Below are positions 39,136 to 52,915 of a stretch of 64,000 nt of DNA, piece by piece. Position 1 is the first letter of the stretch. Each line of letters starts with the position of its first letter. The stretch lies in the NCBI GenBank assembly GCA_013239625.1, contig MU056050.1, positions 1,350,084 through 1,414,083 on the forward strand, read 5' to 3'. The position numbers and the translations under genes are program-made. The notes beneath the pieces were generated by a model. The model had not been told where the DNA came from, ran no database searches, and saw only the letters and a program-made list of their open reading frames with translations. The DNA is from Lama guanicoe (Eukaryota).

Positions 39136-39447
39136 CAGTCAGCCCTCTGTATCTTTGGGTTCTGCGTCCATGGATTCAATCAACTACAGATCAAAACTAT
39201 TGAAAAAATTCCAGGAAGATTCAAAAGGCAAAACTTGAATTTTCCACATACTGACAACTATTTACCTAGCATTTACATTGTATTAGGTATTACTAGTTAT
39301 CTAGAGATGATTTCAAGTATAAGGGAGGATTTGCATAGGTTAGATGCAAATACTATGCCATTTTATGTGGGAGACATAAGCATCCATGTGTTTTATTGTC
39401 TGCAAGGGTCCTGGAACTAACCCCTCCTGGATACTGAGGAACAGCTG
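39136..39447. mobile_element. MER2-like TcMar-Tigger MITE
   Basis: TIRs cagtcagccctctgtatc...gatactgaggaacagctg, TA on the left flank, internal catttacattgtattaggtatta. Confidence 0.9.
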
Positions 39448-39459
39448 TCCTAATAATGC

Positions 39460-40340
39460 TGATTAGTCCTGCCTAATTCTGTTCTTTAATACAAGGCGAT
39501 TCTAGTCCTTCACTGTTAAGCATGATATGATATACATACGTATGTCACCATGTATTATTTATCCGTGCATATATATGTATGTATATATATATAAAATCAA
39601 GATATATATCTATTAATATTTTACTGTTTACTAGAGATGTTCTTCCTTTTATCTGCTTGCCTGCCTGCCTGCCTTTCTTCCTTCTCTCTTTATCTTTTTC
39701 ATTCTACTCATAAATGGAACTTAACTCTTATTGAACGACTCTTTAGAATTTATTGAAATAAGTGTGCTTTTTCCTTCTTTATGCTTAATATGGTGAATTA
39801 TATTCATATATTTTCCAATACTGAGCTATTTTTATATTTCTGTAATTCAAAGAAAATCACTTGGTTCTGGTGAATTATTATTTTACTACAATTATTGAAT
39901 TATATTTGCTTTTATTCATGATTTCTGCATCAACATTCATACTGCAAATTAGTTTTTCCTTTTAATTCTATTTTTTATAGATATGGATAAAAATGAAAAT
40001 ATCATTTGGATGCTTTCCTTATTTTTCTCTGTTCTCTTAAAATTTAACTGCTTTGGAACTTTCTGCGTCTTGGAAGTTTGACAGAATTCACTCATGGAAT
40101 CAGTTGGCACTTAAAATGGGGGGAAGGGGATGCATTAGCTCTTAGAAAACCGTAACAAACCAATTAATACAGATGCAACTGAGAAGTTGTGAAAACCTTC
40201 TTCAGTTGATAGTTTTTTTTATAAAATACACTTTCCAGTAAAAACCATCTATTTATTCTGGTTTTTAAGTTTCCGTGTGTCATATTTGTGGCATGATGGT
40301 CATCATACCTAGTTATTTATTGTGGATTTTAATTTCTTAT
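39460..40340 (-). mobile_element. Old L1ME ORF2 fragment
   Basis: cttcactgttaagcatgata, atatggtgaattatatt, ttggaagtttgacagaattcactcatggaatca. Confidence 0.65.
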
Positions 40341-40384
40341 TTTATTTACTCTTAAGTCATTTATTTATTCAAATACTGAGTGAT

Positions 40385-41450
40385 TGAAATGGGATGGTGT
40401 CTGTCAATTTTGTTCCTTTAATTGAGCCATGTTTTCTTGTTTCTCTGTATGGCTTATGATTTTTGTTGCAAATTGGGTATTTGATTATTGTAGTGGATAA
40501 GTCTGGAAATTAAATTCTCCTCCCTTCCCCAGGGCTTGCTATTTTGTTTTGTTCTGCTTGTTGAAAGCAGTAGTAGTTCATTTGTTTTGTGACTTTTCCA
40601 AACTATTTTGCAAAACTATTTCTTGTTCTGTGTGACCACTGAAGCCTCTCTTCCTTTAGCTCCTGTTCAGCTAATCTCTTAACAGAGATTTCCTTGAATG
40701 GCAGGAAATAAAAGAAGCAACACACCAAAATTTAAAAACAAACAGAAAAGAAAGAAGGAGACCAACAAAAAGAAGAAAAAAAGGTCGTCTTCCAATCTTT
40801 GCAGATTGGCCGTGCTGGTGCGCTCTTTAACACTTACAGCTAGGCTTGCTCTGGGCCTAGGGAATCTGCCTAAGGTGAAAGCTTAGGGCCTTCTCAGATC
40901 TTTTCTGAGCGCGTGTGTTGTCTGAACATGTATGTGGCTTTCTCTGTTTCCTCCTATACACTGCTGCTTTTGATTGTTCTGCTTTCCCAGAGCCTCACGC
41001 CAGCTTCTCTTCCATGCCTTAAATGGTCTGCAGTATATGTTCACCAATAATCCCTCATCCCAAGCACCTGGGAGTGTATAGGTCACTTTGTAGCTTTTAC
41101 AGGCAGTGCCCAGTGCTTTTCCTGCCTGAGTTCTGAGGTAGGCAAGACAGAGTCAGGCACCTCACATCAGGTATCCTTCTACTAGCTTAGACTAGATGTA
41201 CACAGTCATTTGCAAGCAAGGTCTGCTTTGCTCACTCAGTTCTAGGGAAGGCATGGAGAACCAGGCTGGAGCTTCAAAACCAAAATCACTGCCATTCCAG
41301 GAAGGGGATGGAGCAAGGGCAAGTGAAAATGCTATAAAATTTCTTACCATTTTGAAGATGGCTTTTTCTTGATTGGGCATTTACCTGGTTGCAGTAAACC
41401 TTTGTTTTCCAGAACTCTGGCAAAGTTGATTCAGATAGGTTATATTTTAC
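40385..41450 (-). mobile_element. Old L1M 5'-region fragment
   Basis: gatttccttgaatg, tctttgcagattgg, aggtgaaagcttagggccttctcagatcttttctgagc. Confidence 0.55.
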
Positions 41451-42199
41451 TCCATATAGTCCACCTTTACCTTGTAAAAGGTGTTGGTTATCAGTTTTTG
41501 TGTCTTTATATATTTTATGACTGTATTGATGAGAAGTTAGTAAAAAGTACTGAAAATGTTTAAGTTGTTACCAAGTTGAATTGGACTTTTAAATACCTCA
41601 TTTTTAATATATACAAAAGTAAATTCATCAATTTTTCATCTAACTGGTGGCTTTTCCTAGCTTTCTTGGTTCTACAGGGAGAATAAATTATAATCCACTC
41701 ATCCCAGCTGGAAAACTTCTTGTTGATGACTCTACCTTTCCTTTTAACCTTATATAAGATATTTTGCTAGGACCTACTGATTTCATAGTATTTACCATAT
41801 CTACCAAAATATTTTTTAAATACTAGAGACCTCTGTCTCTAGTCTTCCATTCCCCCATCTGTTCCTCCCCTAGTTCAATATTTTTTAATACCCCAGCAAA
41901 AAATGTTGTCTTTCTTCCCTAACAATTCACATCTGCCATGTCCTACAAGGCCCAGTGCCATAACTTTTATTCAGTAATAATTTTTCCAGCTACTGTTGTA
42001 TCAACAGCACCCAGAAAACCACACATATTGAACGTTCAAAACTATTTCCTGATTTTCTGCTTCATTGAATGATTACCCTGCCCCTCAGAACTCTCTTACC
42101 TCTGAATTCCTATTACCGTTAATGTTAAAAACAAAAATTATGATACTAACACTCTACTTCTTGTGTTATCTTTGTAATGAAAAGACAAAGGGAGGGGAG

Positions 42200-42390
42200 A
42201 AGGAAATTAGCATGTATTGAGAATGTCCTATGTACCCAATATTTTGCAGGTGTTTTGTAAACATTAAAAGATGTATATAATCATCCCCATTTAAGAAGTA
42301 TGAGATTTTAGATAACACACCAAGTTACATAACTGGTAGGTAGTAGAACAAAACTGGGTCTGCCACTCTGCAGAACCCATCATGTTTTCC
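42200..42390 (-). mobile_element. MIR SINE
   Basis: tattgagaatgtcctatgtaccc...atccccattt...ccaagttacataactggtaggtagtaga. Confidence 0.65.
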
Positions 42391-43364
42391 AATATACATG
42401 CTAGCTCAGAATGGGTAGTATCTCAAAAGAGCTTAAGTATTTTTATCATTCTTCCACATCTACCATACCTTTCCGTTTTTGTTACCATCTGCCCCAGGTT
42501 CACATCACTTCACCCCTGCAGTAACCTCATAAGTTTCCTATTTTTCCAACCCACTTCCAGCCTTATACACTCAGTTAAACTGATATATAAAGGAAAAGAA
42601 AATGAAATGAAACAAAACTAAATGCCAAACTCAATATTTCACCCTTCCTCAAAACTGTTCAATCATTATGCATTGACTTGAGGATACAGTGCACATTCCA
42701 TAGTCTAGAATTCAGTGCCCTCTATGATTTTGAACCCTCTCCTAATGATCCTATCTTTAAATTTTATATGCCATACAAACCAAAGTATTTACTATTACTA
42801 ATACTTCCACTGCACTGTATACACTTTACTGTTTCAGGCTTTTAAAAATCTTTTCTGTGGCTGTTCTCTAGAATACCTTGCCCGCAGTCTCTCCACACAT
42901 TCAGGTCCTCTTCAACTCTTAATTTATGTACATGAAAAAGAGAGAATAAAGCTATAGTAAAAGGTAGAAAATGATAAATCCTATCTTATCTTACTTGATA
43001 CATGGTATGCTCTGTAAAAATTTATATTCTCAAATTCCCCTATGGAACTGGCACAGAGTAGGAATCCAACAGTTTGTTGAATGTTTTAACAAATGCCTCA
43101 GTTTAAACCACTGAACAGTAATTTAGAGTGATATACTTGACACTATAAAATACTCTATTTTTTGAAAAATTTACCTGAAGCTGCATCATCAGCACTAGTG
43201 ATATCTTTACTAGGGAAGGAGCTAGTATTATTAAATATATTTTATCTCTTTTGCAGTGTATTCTTCTTTATGCTTCCCTCCATTATGCTTCCCTTAGAGC
43301 TGTAATTATTCCAAGAACAAAACTGGGAGTTAAATGAGTAAAAATAGGCAGGATAGTGAAAGGA

Positions 43365-43515
43365 CCCTATATATTCTTTTTCAGATTCTTTTCTTTTATA
43401 TGTGCTATACAGTGGGCTCTTGTTGTTTATCTATTTTATATATGGTAGTGTGTGTATGTTAATCCCCAATTCCAAATTTATCCCACCCCCACCCCTTTCC
43501 CATTTGGTAGCCATA
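43365..43515 (-). mobile_element. Short L1 3' UTR fragment
   Basis: tgtgctatacagtgggctcttgttgtttatctattttatatatggtag. Confidence 0.75.
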
Positions 43516-43699
43516 TGTATGAGTGTTTTCTTTAATTATTCATTAAAGGAAGATGGTTGCTTTCCTCATATTAACATTGACACTTACCATGACCCCCAAG
43601 TGTACCCTCTTCAAAGAAACAATATTGGATTAGATGTGATGTACGTCTAGCTCAGGGTAAAATTTCTGAATTCCACGTGTCAGAAACTAAGAAGCCACT

Positions 43700-44170
43700 C
43701 TCAAATTCTGTGCATCCAATTAATTAAAATCCTTTAATTCTACCTCCTGAATATTTTTAAATCTTTATCCCTTTATATACATTCCCAGAGCGACTTCTTT
43801 AGACGAAGTTTTTCTGAAGTTTTGCAGTACCCATTCCTGCCTGTAGTATAGCCCTCACCAGTTATACCCCGTGATGCCAGTGGAGTGATCGTTCTACACA
43901 AATATGATAGTTTTCTTCTGCTTAAAATTCCTCATTTTATCCCTAATGCCTCCTCTAGAAAACCTCCTGTTCTTTCTCATGACCCCACCTACTGTCCCAA
44001 TAGCATAATACGTTTGACTCTAGTGTTGATCTTAGAAAAGTAAATAGGAGATTATAGTAGACTATGATTTCCTTGGGTGGACAAATTATGTCTTTATTTC
44101 ATCCCCAGGGCCCAGTTCATTTCTTAGCACGTATGAAGCATTAAGAAAGTTTCTGTTGAATGATTAAATA
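43700..44170 (+). mobile_element. L2 relic
   Basis: ttctacctcctgaatattt, ctgcttaaaattcctca, cttagcacgtatgaagcattaagaaagtttctgttgaatga. Confidence 0.6.
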
Positions 44171-45859
44171 GAGTCTTTCTAAGATCTGGTCTGGAGACCA
44201 GGATAAATGAGAATTTGGGATTTATAAATATAGCTACTAGAAACCTGTTATACCTCACTTTACTACCAACAGAAGCTATAATTTGTTGACTACATACCCT
44301 ATACTAGGCTCTGGTGTTAGAAAAGAAACAAAACCTTTGCATGGAGCCTGTGTCTTTACAATGCCAATACACTCAAAAGGCCAAAAAGCCAAATATTCTG
44401 CTTGCTCTTTGGTCCACACAGTTCCATATAACTATTTGTAATTATATGATTTCGGGAACAAATTGGTTGACTCTGGCCTGCCTTTTTATCCAGCTTACTT
44501 TACACTAAAATAATATTCTTTATTTAACTTCTAAAAAAATCATATTGCAGAGGGTATGTAAAATCTCACTGAGATAATTTAAATATTTTCCCTCCTGGTA
44601 TATTTTGAATTAGGTATGGAAGAGATTTTTGGGTTTCTTTGTAACTGTTCAGATGAGAATATTTGGAAGGCAACATGTTATCAGTCCTTGTAATACAATA
44701 GAGTTGCAATGGCCTGCAAGAAGCCTATTCAGTCCTAGCAGCCTATTTCTCCTAGAAATCATATTATTTTGCTAGTTGACACAGTATAGAAAGTAATAGC
44801 CAGTCCATATTTACTGGCCTTTAAGAAATGTTCCAATTGCTTTTGTAGTGCTAAAGCATTTATTTTTGTCACAAACAGAAATTTCAGCCCTCTTTCCATT
44901 GCATTATGTTCTCTAGCTTTGCAGTTTGGGGCGATATTGGGCCGAAACTTGCAGTGGATTATTGCTATTATTGGAACGAAGAGTAATTTTCAGAACACTT
45001 CCTTAGAAAGCTATGGTTCAAAAGCAATTCCTTTCTTCTGTATATATAAATTTAATAACTAATTGAAAAAAATTGTCTTTGACATTTCAGAGAAGCAATT
45101 TTGACCACATAAGTTGTTAAAAATGCAATAAATATCCTTTGCATTTACCATCAACTTTGACATACCCAACTGAGTTCTAGAATCACTTTCTCTAATCAGA
45201 TGGTATAAATATAAATAGTTCAATTGGTAATATTTATTATCACCATCACCATCATTGTTATTTATTGAAATGTCTTCTAGGGTCTTTGAATACAATATCA
45301 GGTTTAAATATCTTGTTTAGAGATATGCAGAAAGCTAGAAAGATTTTTAAAATCATATTAATTTATGTGAAGAGATTTCCCCTAAGAAGTAGCCAAGTAT
45401 CTCCTTGAAAATATGGCTTTTTTGAACCCAGTTTCTGTTACCTAGCATTTTTGCAGTTATGATAGACATCCATGATAAATTCATCAAGTAGAACTTCTTT
45501 TATGGCAGGAGTCATCTTAACTGTGGAATTAGAAGTCCAAGTTCTAATTGCTTAATGTCTGCTGTTGAGTGAACTGCTTTCTTTCACCAACTGGCAAAAA
45601 AATGGATGCCAGAAGAAGGTCTGCCTGAAAAGAATTTTGTTTTTTTAATTTATCATACTTACTCTCAAGAAACTCAATTTAGGGAGGAGGGGTGGATGCA
45701 CAGTTAATTATAAGACAACATACAAAAATCTATGACAACATACTCAAATTGAAGGTCTGCCTAGCCTTGTTCACTGCTCTTGCTCTTCCCCATTTTTATC
45801 TTGATCAAGGCAGGAAATAAATGATGTAAGAAAAGGTACAATAGAATGTGAAAAATATA

Positions 45860-48320
45860 CTTCGGGAAAAGGGTTACTCCAGGAATTCATATATTTGGCA
45901 GAAGACTCAGATCAAAAATATATGAAGAACTTTTATAAGCCAATAAGGTGACAAACAGTCCAACTTAAAATTGGCAAGCAGTTTGAAGAGATACTTTACA
46001 AAGGAGTCATATACGTGATAAATGAGCACATTAAAAGATACTCACCATCATTAATAAAGAAGGAAATGCAAATTAATACCACAGTATGATACCAATGCAC
46101 TTTCACTCAAATGGCTAACGTTTAAAAGACTGAAAATAACAAGTGTTGACAAGGATGTGGAACAACTGGAGGCTCTCATTCATTACTAAGAGCAATGTAA
46201 AAGGGTTCAACAATTTTTGAAAACAGTTTGGCAGTTCCTTTTGACCTAGAGTTCTACTCCTAGGAATTTACTTAAGAGAAATAAAAGTATTTGTCCACAC
46301 TGACTTGCCTACAAATGTTCATAGCAGATTTATTCATAATAGTCAAAAACTGGAAATAAAATAAATGATCCTCAACATATGTGATAAACAAAGTATAACA
46401 AATCTTTAAAATGGGATAGTTCTCAGAAGTAAAAAGGAACATACTGCTGATACATGTAACAATATAGCTAAATCCCTCAAAAACAGCATGCTAAATGAAA
46501 GAAACCAGCTGCAAAAGAATACAGTACTTAACAGGATAGAGGGAATGGGAGGAAAGTTTAATAGGTGAAGCATGGGGGATTTTTATGGTGGTGAAATTAT
46601 TTTGTATGATACTTTAATTGTAGATATATGACATTATGCCTATGTCAAAACCTATAGAACTTTATTAGCACAAAGAGTGAATCTTAATGTATAAAATTTT
46701 TTAAATATACTTAGGACGTTGGGGGATCCCAGGATAGAATGTGGACTGTGACAAAAATCTAACAGTATTGTAAGTGTTTGAGACAACCCCACCGAAGGGT
46801 TTTGGAGGATAGGCACTGCCTTTAGTAACTTTGGAAATGAGTGAAGTCTAAAAGAAAAACAAAAACAAAAACAAAGGAACTTCACTGTAGTTTGTAAAGT
46901 TATTTCCCATGGGGGTACAGGTTAACAATTTTCACACTGCTTACAATATACTGCCCTTGAATAATTTAATAAATGAATAGTGTGTGGTGTGAACCAGGTT
47001 TTTTAACTGCTATAGTGGGAGTTTATGTATCAGTAAGAGTAAGAAGCTAGAATAGTCCATGTGGTAATGGATTAGAGCTGGAGATATCAATATGCATGTT
47101 CAGCTTAATATACACACAGAGGGTTACATATACAAACATTTATAAATATGTGTAGATGCCCAGGTTAATACACACATGAACATTTTCTTGCTCTGTCATC
47201 TGAGAGATCCTAGACAAAATGTTACCCAAGGAGGAGCAAACACACCTGGTGCCCATGTGTTGGTTTACAATACCATTCTCCAATGGAAGGAACCAAGGAC
47301 TTTATAGAGCAGTAGCTGATTCTGGGACTGTTATAAGAAATATACAAAATGAATCTAGAATACCTGTAGTGTCATAAAGTAAGTAGGTTCTCAGAAAGGA
47401 AATGCCCACTTTGATAGGAGTATGTCAAAGGGACACAGAGCCAATTTAAATAGCTCCCAATGCCCAAAGCTAGAAAATACTTGAGCAACAAAACAGAGTA
47501 GTATTGGATTATAAGCCAAAATATAAAATAAATATCCATGAGTCCATATTTAAATGAATATTGAATAAGTGATTCGATGTGGTAGAATAGACAAATCTCC
47601 CACACAGACTTCCAAATAATTTATGCAGATAATTTGCCCTCAAGGAGGTGAAACAGAACTCCCTACTCTTTAAGTGTAAGCTGTTCATAGTGGCTTCCTT
47701 CCAAAAAGTGTAATATGGAAAGAGAGAGATAAGAGTAACTGTACAGTGGAGGAATCAGGCAAACTGCTTCAGACAAGGTATTAAAATCAACATTAACAGT
47801 GGAAAATCATGTTAATATCCTTGATATGATGTAATGAAAATGGCACTGTACCTCTGCGATCTTCCTTGCAAAAGACATAATCACAGTCTAATCCTGAGGA
47901 AAACATCAGGCAAATTCCAACTGGGGACATTCTACAAAATACTTGACCAGTAATTGTCAAAACTATTAAGGTATTCAAAAACAATGAAATTCTGAATATT
48001 TCTCATAGCCAAGAGAAGCCAAAGGAGACATGATGACTACTAAATTTAATGTGGCATCCTGAATAAGGTCCTGAAGCAGAAAAAGGACATTAAGTAAATA
48101 CTAAAGAAACCTGAATAAAGTATAGATTTTAGTTAATAATAATATATTTATATATATATAAATACAAGTAATATAGCTCATTAATTATACAAATGTATCA
48201 TAATAAGACAAGTTGTTAAAAATAGGGGAAATTGTGTATATGGTACATGGTAACTCTCTGTACAATCTTCTTAATTTTTCTGTAATTTAAAACTTCTAAA
48301 CACAAAGTCTATTTGAAAAT
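45860..48320 (+). mobile_element. L1MC3-like ORF2 end and long 3' UTR
   Basis: ORF2 C-terminal motifs at 46060-46500; 3' UTR gggggatcccaggatagaatg, ccctcaaggaggtgaaacagaactccc, ggtacatggtaactctctgtac. Possibly two joined subfamilies. Confidence 0.8.
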
Positions 48321-48864
48321 AAGATTGATTAAAACTTCTTCATACTTTCCTGAAGCTTAAGTATAAAGCAAGTATCCTGATATATATCCAGACATAAAAA
48401 AAAAAAAAAAGGTCACCTGAGCTTCAGTCGGGCTTCAGAACTTCACAGAAACACCCAGTGCCAAAATAAAATTACAGTGGAATGGGAGGATGGAGAGAGC
48501 CAAGTATGACTCAAGAATCTTACATCTAACCAAGTTACTGTTCTATTATGAAAAGTTTGACAAAGTATATTGTCTGCATGAAAAAACTCAGTACACACAA
48601 GCATGTTTTGAAATATTTTCTAGAACTAGTCAATGGATCAAATTTTAAAAGTCAACTCTTGTAAATGTGGAGATTTGGGTATGAAAGAACCTGCAGGAAT
48701 CACTGAAGAAAATAATTATAGAATTAAAGTCAAACAATTGTGGGTATTGTTATTAAAGGAGAGAACATAAAATTATAGTAATTGGCAATGTATAATGCAT
48801 CTAACAAAAATGAAGAGGTTAAGGAAGAAAAGATGGAAGGAATTTGAAATGGTAATTTCCCTTA

Positions 48865-49485
48865 ACTTTTTATTTTACTTTATTTTATATTGAAGTATGG
48901 TCAATTTACAAAATGTCACTTTCTGGTATACAGCATAATATTTCTGGTATATGTATACATACATATATTCGTTTCACATTCTTTTTCAAGATATTGAATA
49001 CAGTTCCCAGTGCTATACAGAAGAAAACTGTTGTTCATCTATTTTATATATAGTAGTTAATACTTGCAAATCTTGAACTCCCAACTTATTCTTTCCCACC
49101 CATTTTCCCCTTGGTAACCAGAAGTTTGCTTACCATGTCTATGAGTCTGTTTCTATTTTTGTAGGTGAGTTCATTAGTGTCCTCTTTTATTCTTTTTTTT
49201 AGATTCCACATATGAGTGATATCATATAGTATTTTTCTTTTTCTTTCTGGCTTACTTCACTTAGAATGATAACTTCTGGGTCCATTCATGTTGCTGCAAG
49301 TGGCATTATTTTATTCTTTTTTATGGCTGAGTAGTATTCCACTGTATAAGCTGTACAACAACTTCTTTATCCAGTTGTTTGTCAATGGACATTTAGGTTT
49401 TTTCCATGTCTTGGCAATTGTATATAGTGCTGCTGTGAACACTGGGGTGCATATATCTTTTCAAATTAGAGTTTACATTTTTTCC
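48865..49485 (-). mobile_element. Camelid/cetartiodactyl L1 3' end
   Basis: ttgaagtatggtcaatttaca...ttagattccacatatgagtgatatcata...tttatggctgagtagtattcc. Confidence 0.9.
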
Positions 49486-49984
49486 ATATGTGTGTGTATA
49501 TATTTACATATCTATATATATATATCCCTTGCCTTTTATAGCTAGAGGTTAGTTTTACAATGACAGGTGTTTTGTTTTAGTCACCTTTGTCTACCTAAAA
49601 CAGTACTTAAAATAATGCATGTTACATAGTAGGCACTCAATAAATATTTATTGAATGAATAACAGAGAATCAATAAATATCATCTAAAGCTGGGAAATCA
49701 ATAGAGATTGATAGGTATTATTTAAATTTTTGAGGATATAGTTCTTTCAGGTTATCAGTTGGGGAAATACCAAACACAAACCTTATGCATAAGCAAGTAC
49801 ATATTACTAGCAAAGTTGATTTTAATAGCATTTCATTGATATACAGAGTATATTACACAGTAAAGTTCTAGCATGCATTTTTTTACAACAAAATAATTTA
49901 GCATTAAAATACATAAAAAATAATTTGAAACAGAAAGAAATAACCACTGATGCTCCATCCCCAGGCCAGCCCATCCCTGCCCCA

Positions 49985-50975
49985 CCAGCTTCACTGAGAT
50001 ATAATTTGACGGATAACTTTATATAACTTTAAGGTGTACAACGTGTTGATTTGATACACTTATAGATGGCAGTATGATTACTACCATAATGTCAGCTAAC
50101 ATTTTTATCGTATCACATAATTACCATTTCTTTTTTGTAGTAAGATTAAGATCTATTCTCTTAGCAGCTGTATATATTACAGTATTGTTATCTATAACCA
50201 CAGCATTGTGCATTAGATCTCTGGAACTTACTCATCTTCTAACTAGAAGTTTGTACTCTTTAACCAGCATCTCCCCATTTCCTCCATCCACCAACTCCAG
50301 CCCCTGGTAACCACCATTCTACTCTCTGTTTCTATAAGTTTTGCTTTTATTGATTTCACAAACGAGGGATATCAAATAATATTTGTCGTTCTCTATTTTA
50401 TTTCACCTAGCATAATGTCTTCAAGGACCATTCATGTTGTCCCATAAGGTAGGATTTTATTCTTTCTCATGGCTGAATTTACATATATATCATAACTTCT
50501 TTATCTGTTTTTCTGTTGACAGACACATAGGTTGTTTCCATATCTTGGCTATTGCGCATAATGATGCAATAAACATGGAAGTGCACGATCTCTTTGAAAT
50601 CCTGTTTTTACTTCCTTTGGCTATATACCCAGAAGTGAGATTGCTGGGTCACATAGTAGTTTTATTTTTAGTTTTTTGATGACCCTTCATTCAGTTTCCT
50701 ATAGTGGCTGTACCAATATACAGTTGCACAGACAGTACACAAAGGTTCCCTTTTCTCTACATCCTCAACAACACTTGTTATTTCCTGTCTTTTTTTTTTT
50801 TTTAAGAGGAGGTACTAGGATTGAACCCAGGACCCTGTGTATGCTAAGCATGCACTCTACCACTTGAGCTGTACCACACCCGCTCCTGTCTTCTTGATGA
50901 TGGCCGTTCTAACAGGTGTGAGGTGCTATCTCTTTGGGGGCTTGATTTGCATTTCCCTGATGATTCATGATGCAT
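49985..50975 (-). mobile_element. L1MA9-like 3' end, interrupted by a SINE
   Basis: cagcttcactgagatataatttgac...cccctggtaaccaccattctactctct...ttctaacaggtgtgaggtg. Confidence 0.85.
50792..50883 (-). mobile_element. Camelid tRNA-derived SINE (vic-1 type), short form
   Basis: Minus strand: gtacagctcaagtggtagagtgcatgcttagcatacacagggtcctgggttcaatcctagtacctcc then poly(A). TSD tcctgtctt at 50783-50791 and 50884-50892. Confidence 0.9.
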
Positions 50976-51059
50976 GTTAAGGTCATCCGCTTAATGCATA
51001 CAGTCAAAATGATTAAACAGGTGAATTATTGTGAACCTCTAAGAAATATAAAATATGAA

Positions 51060-52915
51060 TATTATATGAACTTTTCCAAGGTCAAAACCTAGAAAAAATG
51101 AAAATATAATTTATAACATCATCATAATACTGATAACAAACCCTTACAAAAGGGAACCCCAAAAACTATAGAAACCAATCTCCCTAAAACTGTTGATGCA
51201 GATATCTTAAAAATACCATTAGCAAATACCAGGCAGTTAATTAAGCATATATTAAACCATGATCCAGTGGAGCATTCATGAAAAATCTATAAATGATTCC
51301 ATATTAAGAAATCAGTATTGTAATTTGCATATCAGTAAGCCAAAGGAGGAAAAACATAGATATCTCAATGAATTACAAATTGCATATTATGTAATTTATT
51401 ATCCATTATAATTTTAAAAGCAAACCTTATGAAAATACAGTTGACTGTTGAACAATGCAGGGATTAATCTGTGTATAACTTATAGCCGTCCCTCTGTATC
51501 TGTGGTTCCTTTGCATTCATGGATTCAACCAACCATGTACCACGTAGTACTATAGTATTTACTATTGTGAAATATCTCTGTATAAGTGGACCTGTGCAGT
51601 TCAAACCCACATTGTTCAAGGATCAACTGTATTTACTTACCATCAGTGATGATATATAAGAAGCTTTTCCATTAAAATATGAAACAGGAGAAGTCTATTT
51701 ACTAGCACTGTATCAATTTGATAGGTTTTGGAAATACTAGCCAGTGTAATTAGAGTGAAATAAATCATATTGGTAAATGAATAATGGAAACAAAATTATC
51801 ATTATTTACAAATACAACATAGGTTTGTGTGCTTTGAAAATGCAAAAGAATCAACTGAAAAATTCCTAGAAAGAAGAAAAGTCAGTAAGGTGATTGGTTA
51901 TAAAATTAATATACAGAAGTCAATTATATTGTTTAGAAATAAGTAAAAAGTTTGAAGAGATTATGTAAGGAAGCATCGCATTTACAGTAGCACATCAATG
52001 AAGTCTATGGAATGCCCATGACTGATAAGAAAAATTGTAAAACCCTACTATAATACATGAAAAACTACTTCGTTCTTGTCTAAGAAGATAATCTATTCCA
52101 AATATTTAGAGTCTCTTTAATTTTTAAATTTAATATCCTATTAACATATTAGTAAAATTTTTCATTTTTCATTGTGTTTTAGTCATGGCAAAATGAGTCT
52201 AAAATTATCTTGAAAAATAAATGTGAAAATAATGAGGATATAAAAGAGGAGTAATGAGGCAAGGCTAACTCTATTATATATCAGTTAGGTTATATACCAA
52301 GAATAGATCAAACAACAGAAAAGAATAGAGGAATCAGAAACAGATCTATGGAGATTCAGTATATTCTAAATAAGTAGGAAAATATGGATCATTTAATAAG
52401 TTTTATTGGAACAATTGACTGACTAGCTATTTGGGCAAGAATAATAAACTTTGATTTCTATCTCAAACTTTACACTGAGATAAATTCCAGTTTGGAATAA
52501 AAGCCCTAAAATAAAATATGATTCCGTATGATTCCAAAAAATATTTTTATGATCTAAGATGAAAAAAAATTTCAAAATAAGACTTGGAAACCATAAATCC
52601 ATAAAGGAAAAGATCAATACTTTTATGTAATAAAACTTCAAATATACTATAAAGTCAGAATACTGAAGATAAACTGAATGTAGATTTTTGTAGTATATTG
52701 ATACATGATTAATTTCCTTAATATAGAAAAAGATCATATAAATGAATGAGAAAAATATTAACTAGCCAGTAGAAAAATGGGGAAAGTGTTTGAATGAAAG
52801 TTACACAACAAAAGAAATAGAAATAGCCAATAAGTACATTGAGAGATATTCACCCTTACTCACAATTTAAGAATTTCACTTTAAAATTGACAAATATTTA
52901 AAGTCTGACAGCACT
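51060..52915 (+). mobile_element. Old L1ME ORF2 relic
   Basis: atactgataacaaaccc, attatcattatttaca, aaaattaatatacagaagtcaatt, cagtagaaaaatgggg. Confidence 0.7.
51438..51629. mobile_element. Tigger2-derived MITE (MER8/Tigger2a-like)
   Basis: TIRs cagttgactgttgaacaatg...cattgttcaaggatcaactg, flanked by TA on both sides. Confidence 0.9.

Noticed and set aside
50792..50883. tRNA gene (also 32775 and 63442)
   Set aside because: A/B boxes are followed by A-tails, two copies have TSDs, and the acceptor stems are degraded. These are SINEs.
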